A stretch of DNA of 64,000 nt from Lentisphaeria bacterium UBA1407 (GTDB lineage Bacteria; Verrucomicrobiota; Lentisphaeria; Oligosphaerales; Oligosphaeraceae): the NCBI GenBank assembly GCA_002305655.1, contig DBPZ01000118.1:4224-68223 (forward strand). The letters run 5' to 3'. A program made the position numbers and the translations under genes. The notes under the pieces were generated by a model, which had not been told where the DNA came from, ran no database searches, and saw only the letters and a list, made by a program, of their open reading frames with translations. Numbering within the stretch: position 1 is the stretch's first letter; every line of letters begins with the position of its first letter. Of this stretch, positions 63,839 through 64,000 are shown piece after piece.

Positions 63839-64000
63839 TGGTTCGCGGGATTGGATTGAAGGTATTGCTTGTTGCTGATGGAGCCGGTGTGCTATGCCAT
63901 ACGGCTTCGTTGGTCACGTCCCTTGTCAGAACCGGGCTGACTGTGCGCTTGTCTTTGACGGCATCGGCGCAGGTGCTGGTCGGTCCTTATTTTGGGAGCA
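63838..64000 (+). CDS. Flavoprotein (CoaBC/Dfp-like) N-terminus, 3'-partial at window end
   Basis: The ATG overlaps the upstream stop (TGATG). MVRGIGLKVLLVADGAGV...LVTSLVRTGLTVRLSLTASAQVLV follows the K.ILLGV.GG....A..L...L...G..V.V..T pattern only loosely. Confidence 0.3.
   Translation, partial: MVRGIGLKVLLVADGAGVLCHTASLVTSLVRTGLTVRLSLTASAQVLVGPYFGS

Noticed and set aside
1-64000. Mobile genetic element, genomic island or defence system (TA, RM, CBASS-like, retron)
   Set aside because: I recognised no integrase, transposase, recombinase, tRNA attachment site, long flanking direct repeats, nuclease/methylase pairs or reverse transcriptase. The few AT-rich pockets (50605-51230, 53586-53900, 55637-56118) contain only small genes or repeats.

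Overview
This is a 64-kb chromosomal segment with about 55 tightly packed protein genes. I recognised no rRNA, tRNA, CRISPR array, transposase, integrase or prophage genes. The gene content suggests an anaerobic, polysaccharide-degrading bacterium of the PVC group (Kiritimatiellota, Lentisphaerota or Verrucomicrobiota-like): HydF, FGE/SUMF1-domain protein, PL11-like lyase, GH-D galactosidase, beta-helix protein. That taxonomic call is inference only.

Layout:
- (i) 2..1768: 5'-partial glycan-active protein.
- (ii) 1977..10138: a complete trpE-G-D-C-F-B-A operon with a class I-alpha DAHP synthase as 8th cistron. It is preceded by two tandem copies of a Trp-codon-rich leader ORF, each followed by an intrinsic terminator.
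- (iii) 20542..10336, minus strand: ten co-directional genes with minimal spacers. In order: DAHPS-chorismate mutase fusion, holA, GAF-like, argH, priA, hydF, MBL hydrolase, SAM methyltransferase, lipoprotein.
- (iv) 20675..36275: rlmD followed by a glycan-utilisation stretch. It holds a GT-C-like membrane protein, beta-helix protein, GH-D alpha-galactosidase-like enzyme, D-lyxose isomerase, long Prs-like protein, FAD oxidoreductase, FGE-domain protein and PL11-like lyase with CBMs.
- (v) 36372..40929: anchor-less ftsK, an LRV-repeat protein and two small unknown proteins.
- (vi) 40948..48711: a promoter-to-terminator five-gene unit. It has three SPFH/HflKC-like proteins (two with His-rich inserts), a P1B-type ATPase with a non-canonical VPA motif in place of CPC, and an orphan ABC ATPase.
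- (vii) 48715..64000: mixed housekeeping genes (2-hydroxyacid dehydrogenase, mgtE, a 29-aa bS22-like ORF, TPR protein, nagB-like/PIG-L pair, asnS, Cys-less PurF paralogue, SH3/coiled-coil protein, TIM-barrel isomerase).

The best-supported unusual signal is the duplicated Trp attenuator. The most system-like candidate is the SPFH/ATPase module. All functional calls rest on motif and family recognition by eye, with no searches run.
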